DNA of 64,000 nt. Source: Antedon mediterranea. Its lineage: Eukaryota > Animalia > Echinodermata. Positions within the stretch are counted from its first letter, which is position 1, and each line of letters begins with the position of its first letter. A program made the position numbers and the translations under genes. Shown here piece after piece: positions 34,330 to 48,532 of the stretch. The notes beneath the pieces were generated by a model, which searched no databases, was not told the DNA's origin, and saw nothing but the letters and a program-made list of their open reading frames with translations. The stretch covers positions 11,966,001 to 12,030,000 of the forward strand of contig NC_092672.1 of the NCBI RefSeq assembly GCF_964355755.1. The letters run 5' to 3'.

Positions 34330-35130
34330 TTTTTAGTCGCGTGGAAGCGACTCTATAGTTCACTATGTCGGTCGGTCGGTCTGTCTGTCGGTCTGTCTGT
34401 CGGTCTGTCTGTCTGTCGGTCCGGTATCACTATGCGTTTTATCGCTTTATGACCTTATCTTGATATCAGTTTAATCTAGCTAAGTCAATTTTTTACAGAA
34501 TATTCCTTATGGCCAGGAATCGATGTGGTTATGTTTTCACGGTGCGCAATAAAAAATTACGCGGTCTACGCACGATTTAACGAAATCACGTTTGTAATCA
34601 TATTATCTTAACAACCATGAATCACAATTAAATAAAATTTGGTACTCATAAATTTCAGGGCATAAATCATCATATGGCAATACAATTACGTGCGTAGCGC
34701 ATGTAACGCATGCGTACGCGCGCTTAAAATTTTCAAAATTTATTTTCGATGAAATAAGAGTACGTTTCAGGCAATTTTAAGCGTTTACAAAATTGCCATG
34801 AGTGCGCAGATTTTTGCGCGCGCACTGCGCGTTAAATGTTATTCCGCACTCTTTTTGCCCGATTTCTGTTTTGTTGACTTACTTTTCAACTCGAAATTAC
34901 GTTATACGAGCACGTCAAAAGTGACAGGCTACGCACGTGTAAATTTAAAAAATATAAATGTTTTTAAACATTTCAACATTTTTAAACATGTTCAGTAATT
35001 TCGGTCAGTATAGTTCACTATGTCGGTCGGTCCGTCTGTCTGTCGGTCTGTCTGTCTGTCGGTCTGTTTGTCTGTCGGTCCGGTATCACTATGCATTGTA
35101 GCACGCGACTTAATGGCTGTTGGCCTTGTT
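34330..35130 (+). mobile_element. Helentron-associated (HINE/DINE-1-like) non-autonomous element
   Basis: T-run start, sub-TIR agtcgcgtg (34335) and cacgcgact (35102), two (GTCY)n tracts, short 3' hairpin, end ccttgtt. Confidence 0.8.
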
Positions 35131-35149
35131 ACTGTTTATTGTACTTCAT

Positions 35150-36110
35150 CATTACATTTTCAAAACAACAATTCTATTTATAGTTGTTGCGTAACCAAGT
35201 AGATCGTAGAGGTGTAGTATGAAGTACAGTGCACAAAGTCCTTCTATCTTTGATGGTCTTTTTGGCGGAATCCAGAAGCTGGTAGAATGGTTTGGAAATG
35301 TCTTCCTGTTATCTCTCCAAGTCATTATGGGACCGGCTCGTTTTCGTTTTCGTTCCACAGATCCGTGGAAGATGGTTTACGAAAGGTTTGATGTTGTTCT
35401 TACTCTTGACAAAACATAAGTTTCTCTTTCACAATCTGAAAGAGATGTTTGTGGACTCCAATGAATTAGTTATCTCACTTCTTATGGATTCATTGGTTCT
35501 ATTAGCAGGAGACGACGATATAATTTTAATTCTTAATACCTCAATCTTCTTTTCTTAGCTTGCAGAGAGTGTCCAGCTTTCACATTAATCGAGGAATGTG
35601 AAGAAAACTACAGACCGAGGGAGGTTAGTTGAGTCAGAATTTGTAGTGATCTGGCCACTCTGGTCCTGATTTCTTTTTAAGACTTTCCATCCGATCCGCT
35701 GTAATGGTTCCACCAACATATATGTGAAGTACTCAAGTACTCCTTAGCTTGGTACGTCAGATGCACTTCCCATTGTCATTGATAGCTTTTGTCGGTGCTT
35801 ATTTCCATTTCACAGGCTTTTGCAACATAATCCAATCGTGTTGTCAAGTCACCAAGCTCTACTCTAGTTCTAGCTAGTAAATAAATGTCATCCAAGAAAC
35901 GCAGATTGGATATTAATGTTTCTTCAAACAATTGACACAGTTCCTTCAAAGCCTTCTAGAGCATTGTTCAAAAACAGAATAAAAAAAAACATGGGGAAAG
36001 TAAGCAGTCATGTCGTACTTCAACTGTTGTATTAATTGGTCAATTAGGATGTTGTTTACAAAGACTGCACTGATAGCATTGTTGTTTAGAGATCTGATAG
36101 TGGTTATGAT
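35150..36110 (-). pseudogene. Degenerate RTE-like LINE RT fragment
   Basis: Minus strand ISNLRFLDDI near 35890-35915 and an RKRKRAGP-like C-terminal motif; many stops. Confidence 0.6.
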
Positions 36111-36134
36111 CCATTCCCTTATATTAAAGCAACA

Positions 36135-36475
36135 ATTATAAATCATAAATTTAAAATTGTCATTAAATAAATTATATTTAAAAAAACAATTTAACAATTA
36201 TAATTTAACACTGAACTAGTTAATGAAACTTTCTGGAGGATAATTTAAAGGTCTTCTACTGTAAAATTGAATATATTGCGATATATCATTAGAAAGTTGT
36301 TTATAAAATATGTATTGATTAAAGTGTTTTGAGAAATGTTTCGTTTAACGCATCCGCTTACCAATATAATAAATATGAATAGACAATGTTATTTTTATTT
36401 GATTTTCTGTTACTAATAATAATAATAATACATAGTTTTGCTCTATTTTAAATTTAGTAAGCCTATTAGACATAA
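36135..36475 (+). repeat. Dispersed repeat similar to 1540-1960
   Basis: Shares the blocks described for 1540-1960. Confidence 0.65.
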
Positions 36476-36489
36476 CACTTAATAATGTA

Positions 36490-36850
36490 AAGCAAGAATG
36501 GCCTAATGATTCTGCATGTAAACTTTGTTAAGAGGTAGTTCATATGAAAACATCCAGTAATTTGTTTCAGTTTTCCCGAAGAAATTGTTTTTGATAACGG
36601 TCCTTAGTTTGCATGTATACATTTTAACGTAATTTGCAAAATGAATGGTATTGTATTAATGTTTTCACCCGTCTAGCATGCACCCACTAATGGGGCTGCA
36701 GAGAGATCGGTTAGAGTCATTCAAATGGCTGTAAGAAAACAAGTGATTTAAGGAAAAAATTATAATATACAAAGTTAGACTAGCTAACGTTTTATTCAGT
36801 TACAGAATAACAAATCAGACAACTACTAAGTGAACACCATCTATTTCTGA
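36490..36850 (+). pseudogene. Degenerate Gypsy-type integrase fragment
   Basis: FPEEIVFDNGP...NGI...TNGAAERSV motifs read across frameshifts. Confidence 0.6.
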
Positions 36851-37145
36851 AAATGTTAACAAATGTTGAAACATTTTTAAAAACATTTATATTTGCTTCC
36901 AAGTATTAATATCACTGTCAAAATAACGAAACATATGCATTTGAGTTAGTGTTTACTGACATATAGTGTTTTCCGACCGACGGAAAAACCGACCGGAATT
37001 GCTGAAGATGTTTTAAAATGTTGAAAATGTTTTTAAAACATTTATATTTAATATTAATATCCACTGTCAAAATAACGAAAAAATATGAATTTTAGTTAAA
37101 GTGTTTACCGACCTACCGACCGACCGACCGACATAGCTATAGATA
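36850..37145 (-). mobile_element. Degenerate HINE-like remnant with an internal duplication
   Basis: (ccga)n catag tract and aaatgttgaaa...aaaacatttatattt blocks shared with the HINE copies. Confidence 0.45.
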
Positions 37146-38739
37146 AAAAAGTAAATTGTAATTAATGCTGTATTCCACAACCAATACTTATGTAACTTGA
37201 CTCAATTTTAAAAGAAGGTAAGGTAATAAATAATGTAAATAAGTAATGTAATATATTCATATGAGCAATTTAAAGACTGGATTGGAGACTTCTCTGGAGT
37301 CTCTTCTTCTTCTTTGGAGTTCTACAAGATGGCTGAACATCACCACATGATATAATTTCATACTGAAATACTTTGTATTATAATACATTCTATGAGCACA
37401 ATCTATAACAGTTACCATCTGTGTTTAGTATGGTAGCCTACGTTGTTATAAAACAAAAACTATTATTTTTTGTCGCGACTGCAACCATGTATATGGCCTT
37501 GTTAACTTTATTACTGTATTACAGAAGGTGGAAAATATGTTTAAATAAAACATTATGCCAGTGCCATGCCACTATTTCAATTTATAATAAGCAAATTCAA
37601 CATAGTAATTGGGGACCTACCACTCCAAATGCATCAAATATACCAGGACATGTATTCGGTTAGCGATACCATACTAAACTCAATGTTGTGAAAAGTTTAT
37701 CTTTCGGAATTAATTTAAAGGGTGCGAATCTTATTTTACAACATACATCACCGTATCTGTATGTATTCGCTCCTTCTGGACAACAGGTATATGTCCCTTT
37801 GCCTGCCTGCAGTATTCGAGAACCATTTATTTATACAGTATGGGCATGTAGTATGTTATTTGAGAAATTAAATTATGCCTTATTTAACGTTTGTCGCAGT
37901 GGAGGTTTTTAACTTGCAATAACCAAGACTCCAAATACAATTTCTCACCGAGCTGAGAGTTTGCGTCAGATATCATTGACAGGGTTCATCTACCTACTTC
38001 AAAGTTAGGTATCAAATAATGCAGTCAGTATTCTTGTGATTATCATTATTTTGTGGGTGATTCAGGATAATATTAAAGAATAGTGATAGTGTGTAATACT
38101 CACAATTTATTCAAAAAAGCTGGTATCCTTTAAAGCATAGTTGTTCAGTAGGGTTGCGTTGTTGAAATGCACCAGAATATACTTTTAAACAAACATTTTT
38201 TGTGACTAGATAGGTGCAAAGTACAGTTTTAAATCGCTGTTAACAAACACAGACATGTCATTTTGACCTCTTAAATAAATAAAATAAGTAGCAACTACCT
38301 AAAAACATTATAAGTGTTGATAAGATACATAATCAGGGTCAAATAATTCGATAGAGGTGGATCAAAAAGAGTGTTATGACTGTGTTCACAAATACTATAC
38401 ATTCTGAATTAAAGACGGATTGTTGTTGCCGAAATCATTTTTTTATATAAATAGATGTCTAGTATTTATAAAATAGGATTAACTGTGTAAGTATTATTGA
38501 TAAAATACACACAAGTACAATACAGTACAATACAATACACCAAGTCAGTTTCACCAACCGCAATAAAATTATACAAACAATAAACAAAAACACACAACAG
38601 AACAAATGATAAAATTCGTGTTGTTCCATTCAAATAAAAACAAAATAACTTCGACTATCCTCAAGGTGATAGACATTAGGAATGTATTAGTGACTGCACA
38701 CATTATAATATACTAGCAGTTTTAAAGATATATAGAACA

Positions 38740-38766
38740 CTAGCAGCAGTACCCGTCTTCGACGGG
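38740..38766 (-). mobile_element. Helitron-like 3' terminus (hairpin + CTAG)
   Basis: Minus strand CCCGTC-GAA-GACGGG tactgctg CTAG t. The 5' end was not located. Confidence 0.45.
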
Positions 38767-39322
38767 GGGGGGGGGGGGGAGGGGTATCTAATAAGCACAG
38801 AGTTCAACCGAGAAAATGATTGAGAGAGAAGTTATAAATTGGAAAATGGAATATTTTTTTGAAGACTAAGTAACCAGCCTAATATTAAGTATTAACTAAT
38901 AAGTATTAACTAATAGTAATACCAATTAAATAAGTCAATATCAAACAATAGGCTATATTGAGCTGCATTCGTGATTGAGTATTGTCACTTAGTGCAAGGA
39001 GACCAATATGAATGAAATGGTTACGAACAATGTTTGACATTTTACTTTTTAAACCATACGTAACATTTAAATGAAAGCGATAAAAAGATACATAAATAGT
39101 ACTGTATAGTAATAATCTAATTAGACTAGTTATTTCATTATGTCGCCCTCACGAAATAAAAAAAAAGTCGTTGGATTTAATGCAGTCGTCATGTGTTTTT
39201 TTAATTTTATAGTACTTTAAATAGACCGTATTTATGTGATGCCCTGAATTTTCAGACACCGGGATAATAATCGATTACAATACAATTAAAACAGTAATAA
39301 ATGGTAACTGAAATGCTTCTAC

Positions 39323-39378
<56 letters not shown>

Positions 39379-41246
39379 TTTACCGTGAGAAAAGTTTTAA
39401 AATACATTTAAAAAGAAACAACGTAATATACATTACATTATTTGAAATTTCTTATAGATATACAATGTTTGTTGTTTTGTTGTCTTGGCATAGTATATAC
39501 AATGATTTTGATGATCCAATTCTGGAACAACCATAATACAATTGACCATGTGAAAAACATGGCGATGTTAAATCCAGTCCTGCTACGGTGACACTAAGGC
39601 GCAGGATTGGTCATAGTAATAAATAGCAAACTATAGTCATCAACTAGCATAACCATAGATAGCAAGGAATAGCTGTGAAATTGTTATACTCACCCGATTC
39701 TGGTAATGTCCATAGGTGTATCTGTAAAACTGTAGCTTATAAGGTAATACTAAAAATAAGCTAGTCCCGGAAGCTTTTAAATAGTATTTTGTTTCCACTT
39801 TTGAAATAACCTTTTACCTACTAAACTTAAGGTGACTTTTCTACAATATTTTCTTCAACATTTTCCGTTGCTGTCTGCATTTATTGTGATATAAAGATAT
39901 ACTTTTATATTTAAGAAATTGACCTTTGTATCGGAATTCAAATAGGTTCACAAACTTGACCCAGAAAGTCCAAAGGAGAGTTTGTCCAGATGTTTTAATG
40001 ACCATTTAGTTTATAATAGAATCCCTAAAGAAAACACTTAGCTTAATTTTGTGACTTTCCCATCGTTAAACCAGGAGTGATCGACACTATTTAAGTACAG
40101 ATTTGACAGTGTCATCCATCACAGAAATACCTTATTATACCGTTAATCACTCCCACTTAAACACCCCTGGATCAACTTAGGACCAATCGTTACCCTCACA
40201 AATGATGTAATGACATTATGCAAATGAACTGAGCCAATATACTCCCAAGTTTCAGAAGGGCCCAGACACACCTTACAGCCACCTCACGGAGCACACACCT
40301 TACAGCCACCTCACGGAGCACACACCTCACAGCCACTTCTTCAGAAGCAGACCTACACACTTCACACCTCACTGACAGCATCAATCATAGATCGTCCGTT
40401 CCTTATCTATACTTATAGTTGTATATTGTACTGAAGTATTATACTGAATAAACAATATATGTGTTACGACAGTCAAGCGAGTCAGAGTCTTCATTAGTAC
40501 CTCAACAACCGCAAACATTATATTACATGGTGGAAGACCCAAATTTCATAAGGAACGGAGTGAGAAAACAAGAAATAAACACTTAACAAGACACGAAGAC
40601 GAAGACAAAGACAAAAATAACCATATTTGTTTGAAAGGAGAGAAATTTACTTTGACTCGAAAGACAAGCTGAAATTATATTTGAATGAGATCGAGACAAG
40701 CAGAAATTTTATCAAATTATTACCATTGGATGAAGACAAAGAAGATAATCGAGGAAGACACAAAAGACAAGCTGAAATTATATTTGAATGAGATCGAGAC
40801 AAGCAGAAATTTTACCAAATTATAACCATTGGATAAAGACAAAGAAGATAATCGAGGAAGACCCAAGAAGAATCAAAACAGAAGCAAGCGGACAAGAACT
40901 GTTTCGTTTAGACACTTTCAACTTCACGCCGTTTTTTTTCGATCGTTTTTTTTAACATTTACTTTTTTGAACATTGATGAACACCTTTCGCATTTTTTTT
41001 AATTCGTTGTTTGAAAATTTGAACATTGATGAGCACCTTTAACATTTCTTTAATTCGTTGTTTGAACATTTAGACATTTTTGAACACTTTTTGCATTCCT
41101 TTAATTCATTTTTAATTGGATCCGAAGCATTTGGGGTAAGTCGAAACCATTTTGATTTTTGATTTGTAACCTTGATTGAAAAAGTGAGAGTTTACATATA
41201 CACTAAATTGTTTTTGATATTTGATTAATAATTAATATTATAAAGT

Positions 41247-42212
41247 ATGGTCGACGTTGTTGATAACGAAGTAATTTTAAATGAGCCCGTCAATCCTCAC
41301 CCCGTGCCCCACCTAAGACAAACCGATTTCCTTCCCAAAAGATATGACGGTTCCATAACCGATCACGACCAATGTAGTGCACACTACTTATCGTTTACCG
41401 ACTACCTTGAGGCCCACACGTTAGAAAACCCTGTAAACAATGCCCAATTAATTAATGTAATAAGTATTTTTAAACGTAGCCTTCAGGGCCAAGCTAGACT
41501 CTGGATTGAGGGAAAGCAGTTCGATTCACTGGAATCCTTAAAAACCCAATTCATCAACAGGTTTAGTAAAAACAAATCAATCTATGCGCACATAAGAGAA
41601 TACGATTCAATTACATACACCACTGGCGACAACGCCGAAAAGCACTTAACCAAAATCAAACAAGCCGCAGACAGAATTGGATACGCTGACCAGCAGATAA
41701 AGAATAAATTTATTTCGACCCTTCCACCAAAATGTAGAGCAGCTGTAGCCATGTCCACCCCAATCGATGCCACTATTGAAAATATTGTAAATAGCACACA
41801 AAATTACCTTGACCTTTCCGTAGATGATGCCACACGGGAAGTTTCATTCAATATCAATAAGGAAACAGATAGGCCTAATAGTCTCGAATCGCTCCAACAT
41901 GAGATAAATTCTCTCAAGTTAGACATGGCCACGACAAAACGATCCCTTAATGATGATACTCGACGCTCACGTTCCCCCACCCGAAATTATATCCCAAGAC
42001 GAAACCGAAGCCCAAGCCCATACAAACCCCGATTCCAGACCCCATCGACCCCAAGATATAGACAACCTCCCCCAACCTGTTATTACTGCGGGAAACCAGG
42101 CCACATAGCAAGGCACTGCCGACAACAAAACCGCTTTTACGAAAATTATCCCCCGCCATACCCATACCAACAGTCAAACAATTACTACCCTAGCCACCAG
42201 CAGGATTTTTAA
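41247..42212 (+). CDS. gag: Gypsy Gag with CCHC knuckle
   Basis: CYYCGKPGHIARHC. Ends in ggatttttaa, a plausible -1 frameshift site into pol. Confidence 0.9.
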   Translation: MVDVVDNEVILNEPVNPHPVPHLRQTDFLPKRYDGSITDHDQCSAHYLSFTDYLEAHTLENPVNNAQLINVISIFKRSLQGQARLWIEGKQFDSLESLKTQFINRFSKNKSIYAHIREYDSITYTTGDNAEKHLTKIKQAADRIGYADQQIKNKFISTLPPKCRAAVAMSTPIDATIENIVNSTQNYLDLSVDDATREVSFNINKETDRPNSLESLQHEINSLKLDMATTKRSLNDDTRRSRSPTRNYIPRRNRSPSPYKPRFQTPSTPRYRQPPPTCYYCGKPGHIARHCRQQNRFYENYPPPYPYQQSNNYYPSHQQDF

Positions 42213-45200
42213 AAAGGGGACTAGATGCCGCCTATAATCTGGCCCCCCATACTAAATACGACAATTTTAAGGCAAAATACTTAGGGAATTCAGATAATAT
42301 TGATTTGTTACTTAACGACAGAAATTACGTTAAAGGAAATTTACCAGATGGTAGAAATGTTTTAACTTTATTTGACAGTGGTTCAACTAGAACTATAATC
42401 TCACAATCGTACGTTAATTCCTCACTTTATTTATCGCGTTTAAAGCCAGTTAAAGTGAACACAACTAAATTTAGATTAGGTAACGGTGACTTCTTATATG
42501 CCAACCACTTAGTGCAATTCGAATTATTTATCCAAGGACACAAATTTAAAATTTCAGCATTAATCGTTAAAAATTTGACAGGTATTGACCTGATACTTGG
42601 AACCGAAACATTGTCTGAACTCGACGGTACTTTAAATTTTAAGGAAAACACATTTCGCAATAGACCAAAGATTTTTAGCTTTCGTCCAGTACACAAGATT
42701 TTTCTTAAACCCGGTGATACTAAAACAGTTAAATTAAAAGGAAGGGTTCCCGCCTTTGTACGCAATTCCGATGTTGTTCTACATGCAACCACCCATATTT
42801 CAAAACTTTGTCCATCAGACATGTTAGTAAAATTACACAGAGGAGAAACCAACATTGATATCACTAACAACACAAACAGAAACGTATCTCTAAATACACA
42901 TCAACCTATCGCGAGCCTTCACTTAACCAACCTTGTCACAGTTACTAATGACCTACCAATAGATAGAATAAAGTTGACCAATGACAACGCAAACAAGTAC
43001 CCACATTTAGAACGTACAGACCCATTGCTAACTTTAACCGAGGAAGAAATAATTAGAAAACAAGTTGATTTAACAGACAGCGTTTTAACACATAGAGAAA
43101 AAGAAGATTTGTATAAAACCTTACAACAAAACAGAAACGCATTTTCACTTTATGGTGAACTATCTAGCTGCCCAAACTTCAAAGCTGACATACACCTCTC
43201 TAACGATGAACCATTTTTTATTCGACCATACTTCGCGACAGACAAAGACAAAAATGTTATTGAGGCCGAATTGAACAAATTAGTCAAACTAGGAATCTTA
43301 GCAGTAGGACACCAATCGTATACTTCCCCTGTCCTTCTTGTTTCAAAGAAAAATTCAAAAGATAAAAGAGTTGTCACAGACTTTCGCTATCTAAATTCCA
43401 GGATAAAACGTATTAATCACCCATTCCCATTATTGGCCGAAACTTTGAAAACAATAGGTAACGCTAATGCACAGATTCTTAGCGTAATTGATTTGAAATC
43501 AGCGTTCCACTGTGTACCATTAGCCGAACATGCCCAACAATACACAGGTATAGCTTCATATCATGGTGGAAAGCATTATTATTATAAGAGATTAGCACAA
43601 GGATTAAACGTTTCACCAGGTATATTTCAAGCAAAGATTGACGAAATTTTAAATGAAATCCCAAATTCTAGAGAATTCTGTATCGCCCATCATGATGATA
43701 TTATTTTATTTAGCCAAGACAAATTTGCTCATAAGCAGCACCTCGTTTCCGTTTTACAAGCCCTACAATTAAATGGTTTTAGAATTTGTCCAAAGAAATG
43801 TAAGTTATTCAAGAATAAAGTGCAATATATGGGACACACCATCCTGATTAATTCTTCAGGACACGCATGTATCACACCATTAGGCGACAGGTGTGCAGCT
43901 ATCCGAAATTTGCCAGTCCCACGAACCCATAAAGAAACTAAACGATTTATTGGTGCAGTAAATTATGTATCCCACTTTTTCCCTCAAATACAATCAATTT
44001 TACGTCCGTTACACACACTCGCAAGCAAACGCCGAAAATTTTGTTGGTCTACTGAACACCAGAAAGCATTTGACGAAATTAAACAATTAATGGTTAAACC
44101 ACCAACTCTTCAAATGCCTAGAAAAGAAGGTAGATTTACGCTATATAGCGACACTTCAAGAACCGCAACAGGTTCATATCTAACACAAACAGTAAACGGA
44201 AGAACACATAATAGGTTATTATTCCAAAATCTTACCACAAGCCTGTCAACGATATAGCGTCACAGAACTAGAGTTATTTGGACTTTACATTAACGTTTCA
44301 GCATTTCGACATTTACTAAAGGGTTGCGAATTTGATGCATTCGTAGACCACTCAGCGATTGTACAAATTTGGCATTCAAAAGATCAGCCATGTACACCCC
44401 GTCTACAGAAACTAATATTACGATTGTCCGGATACATTTTCCAAATTGGTTATAAGAAAGGAACTGAATTAGTTTTAGCAGATTTTCTCTCCCGAGCCCC
44501 TCGTGATGACGATTCCGAAATTGATCAAGTTGTACCCATTGCATTTAATATTACAGAGACTGAATCTCTTAACCCGATTACAAACACATCTACTAGCAGA
44601 CCAGTAACAAGGTCATACGCCAAGCAAATGGGAATAAATATACCTGACCTACATAAACCCAAACCCAAACAAACGCCTGTCATTAATCAAAACCCAGTGA
44701 CAACAAACACGCGACCTACACCTCAACCTACCGCTACACCGCAAATAATCACGAGACAACAAACAAACGCACATCGATCACCGCCCATCACAACGCCACC
44801 CATCGTAACACCACCCCCAATACGTAATGTAAACATTCGACAACCTCCAGAGGAACGACTAGTAGACAAAAATAAACAAAGCAAAGACACTACACATCGA
44901 AATGTACCAGTTGAATTGTATACATCGCCCAAACCACTAGTACCCAACATAACTGAATTTAAGTCAGCACACATCCCAAAACAACAAGACTTAGATAGAT
45001 TAATGGATGTTATTCAAAGAAAGATAATTAGAGATTATAACCTCCCAGTAGATGTTAAACAATTACGTGTTGAACAAGAAACTTCACCATTTTTTAAGCC
45101 AGTTTACGATTATTTAGTTCATGATATCCTTCCAGCTGATAAGAAAGCAGCTCGTGCAGTTCAGAATAAGTCAGAGCAGTACATATTGTGCAACGGTTTA

Positions 45201-46916
45201 CTATTCCGTTTATTTTTCCAAGATAAAGGTGGAGAATTTGTATTGCAATTAGCTGTTCCTGAAAACTTAGCAGAGACTGTTATTTCTCAGTATCACGACA
45301 ATTTGTTAAGTAGCCACCAAGGTACGATGCGTACTTACCTTACTATTAGAAAATTATTTTACATGCCTCTTATGTTCGAGAAAGTCAACAATTATACCCA
45401 AGCGTGTCTTAGATGTCAACAATTTCGTCCCAAAACCGATAAATTACGTCCTTTACACGATCGAGTACCAGCAACTTACCGTCCTTTTCATACACTCAGT
45501 CTAGATTTTAAGAGTATGCCAACTTCACCTTCAGGTTTTAAACATATTATGGTAGTATGTGATGAGATAACTAGATTTTTGATTTGTGTACCTTTGAAAT
45601 CCATTGATGCCGAAACAATTTGTGAAGCACTAATTCAAAAGGTCATCAGTATTTTTGGACCCCCATCTCGTCTTATTTCAGATGCAGCAACCTCCCTTAC
45701 AGGAAAATTATTAACACTATTATGTAACACCCTTAATGTTGATAGGAAAATCATCAGCGTCCACAATCACGGTAGTTTACAAGTTGAACGTCATATCCGC
45801 ACCGTATCGGACCTGTTAAAGGTCAACCTTAACCAATTCGGAACAGATTGGGTTAGATTTGTATCAACAACATGTTATGCTTATAACTCGTTTTCATCCC
45901 CACATCTAGGAAACCACTCCCCTTACGAATTAGTTTTTGGCCGCCAACCTCCAAGTTTGACCTCATTAGCATTTAACCCTATTTCAGGATTGTCTCATTC
46001 CTATGAAGAATACTTTGAACATCTCAAGAAGAAATTTCAAAACATTTCACAGACAATGCTACAATTACAGCGAACACAACAAAACGTCCAAAACTCAAAG
46101 ATTTCCCAACGCTTAGAAAAAAGTCCAATTTACTCAGTAGGACAACTCGTATATTTATACAAGCCAACATCATCATCACTAACAGCAAATTCAAAGAAAA
46201 TCGCCGCAGAATGGGTCGGACCATTAGTAATTCATGAAGTACTAGACAGAACACACTACATCCTAGCGACGATTAAAGGAGAAATACTTCGCGACGTATT
46301 CAATTATAACAGACTGAAACCCTGTTTTATGAGAACACCCAAAGAACGCAAAAATTTTACACATCTCCAAAAACTTAAACAATTGTTGAATGAACCCACC
46401 GATGATAATAACGAGAAAATCCAAAACACCATTAATGTAGTAAATGACGAAATCAATGTTGAATTTGTAGACGAACATGATAGGACACCCACCCAATTGC
46501 AATCAGATACCCTTACACATCCAACTAAAGTAGAACCCCTTAACTTGCAACCTTACATTGACTGTGTAGAGAACAACATGGGATTAGCAGCCCCATTCCA
46601 AATGAAAGAGGAACAAATTAAGGAACAAACTAATCTAATTATGACAGCACCTAATGATTCAAATATGACATTAAACCGAGGTAGATTTAAAGCAGGACAT
46701 TTCCAAGTTTTAGTTTCATATTCTAAACCGACTTCAGCCAAACGCAACACCGATAAAACAAAACACGAATCTAATGATCGCAAATTTTGGTGGAATATTG
46801 ACAGATATAACGATACAGATAAATTGATTAAAGAGATCATTAATGATAAACAGATACCGATAAGTGGATCGCCAAAACGATTCATAAAACGTTTGTATAA
46901 TGCAACGAATTACTGA
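42205..46916 (+). CDS. pol: Gypsy Pol (PR-RT-RNase H-IN) with a 1-nt frameshift near 44200
   Basis: PR LFDSGS; RT IDLKSAF with an HHDD active site; RNase H YSDTS...YSVTELE...VDHSA; IN HHCC plus LDF...SDAA...VER. Confidence 0.9.
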
Positions 46917-48532
46917 TTTAATTTTTTTTGCAAGATTATTTTTAAATTACGACATTTGCTAAATTAATGATAGCATAGTCTACGTATGTGATGAGATTTG
47001 TTTAATAATAATGTGATTTCAGTTAAAAGAGAATTGAATTTATGTTTAAGTATTGATTTTGTAACGAGTTTTTTGATAATGATTAATTTTGAATTTTGAA
47101 TGATCGATATATTGAGATATTGAAAAGAACGACAATCATTTTGTAACAAATATTTTGTTTAACCTTTGAGTCGTTAATCTCAAGCATTAATTAATTGATA
47201 TACAATAACAGGAGATTTTCTTAGTACTTTTAATTTTAATATTTTTTAAATTGAGTACAAAAGTCGAATTCGTCGATTGATTGAAATCGTAATTACCTGT
47301 GAATATAAATGCTTAAATCGATAAAGTTGTGACGATAACGATATATTGTGGATAAGTTTGTGTCAACGGGACACACACATTTGTTTCTTTAAAGTTTTAA
47401 GTGATTAAGTTTGATATTTTGATTTTAGGCTAATCAGCCACAGTTTCTTGAGTTTTATGTTTTGATTTGATGATTTATGTTTGAAGACCATTAGAACGCG
47501 ATGAGTGTCGCACGATTTGATGTAACATACTATTTTTAAGTTTTGTAATTTTATTTTTAACTGATTTATGTTTGATTTACGCGAATTTTTATACCAAATT
47601 CATTTTTATAATTTCATTTTTTTTAAGAGAGAGAAGAGAGAGAGTGAAAGTGATAAGGTTACACTTCAGAGTCAATGGTTTTGGCTAACTCAATTTTTGC
47701 ATATATGTATAATGTTTTTTTTCTTTTATATAACTTTAATTTTGCATGCCACTATTATAACCATTTTTATATTTAAATAGATTAGAAAAAAAAAGGGAAA
47801 CAGAGGGATGTGATATAAAGATATACTTTTATATTTAAGAAATTGACCTTTGTATCGGAATTCAAATAGGTTCACAAACTTGACCCAGAAAGTCCAAAGG
47901 AGAGTTTGTCCAGATGTTTTAATGACCATTTAGTTTATAATAGAATCCCTAAAGAAAACACTTAGCTTAATTTTGTGACTTTCCCATCGTTAAACCAGGA
48001 GTGATCGACACTATTTAAGTACAGATTTGACAGTGTCATCCATCACAGAAATACCTTATTATACCGTTAATCACTCCCACTTAAACACCCCTGGATCAAC
48101 TTAGGACCAATCGTTACCCTCACAAATGATGTAATGACATTATGCAAATGAACTGAGCCAATATACTCCCAAGTTTCAGAAGGGCCCAGACACACCTTAC
48201 AGCCACCTCACGGAGCACACACCTTACAGCCAACTCACGGAGCACACACCTCACAGCCACTTCTTCAGAAGCAGACCTACACACTTCACACCTCACTGAC
48301 AGCATCAATCATAGATCGTCCGTTCCTTATCTATACTTATAGTTGTATATTGTACTGAAGTATTATACTGAATAAACAATATATGTGTTACGACAGTCAA
48401 GCGAGTCAGAGTCTTCATTAGTACCTCAACAACCGCAAACATTATATTACATTATACAGACAGCAACGTGTGTGACTTGCTATAGTTTTACAATTACCAC
48501 CTATGGACAGTAGCAGAATCGGGTGTTATACT

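Larger units (their letters stand above)
39885..48451 (+). mobile_element. Full-length Ty3/Gypsy LTR retrotransposon, very recent
   Basis: 643-bp TG..CA LTRs (39885-40527 and 47809-48451; one mismatch seen), 4-bp TSD ttat, PBS tggtggaagaccc at 40528, PPT aaaagggaaacagaggga. Confidence 0.97.
39691..48525. mobile_element. MITE (~265 bp once the Gypsy is removed) with 7-bp TSD
   Basis: TIRs cacccgattctg.ta.tgtccataggtg and cacctatggaca.ta.cagaatcgggtg; TSD ttatact at 39684-39690 and 48526-48532. Confidence 0.75.
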
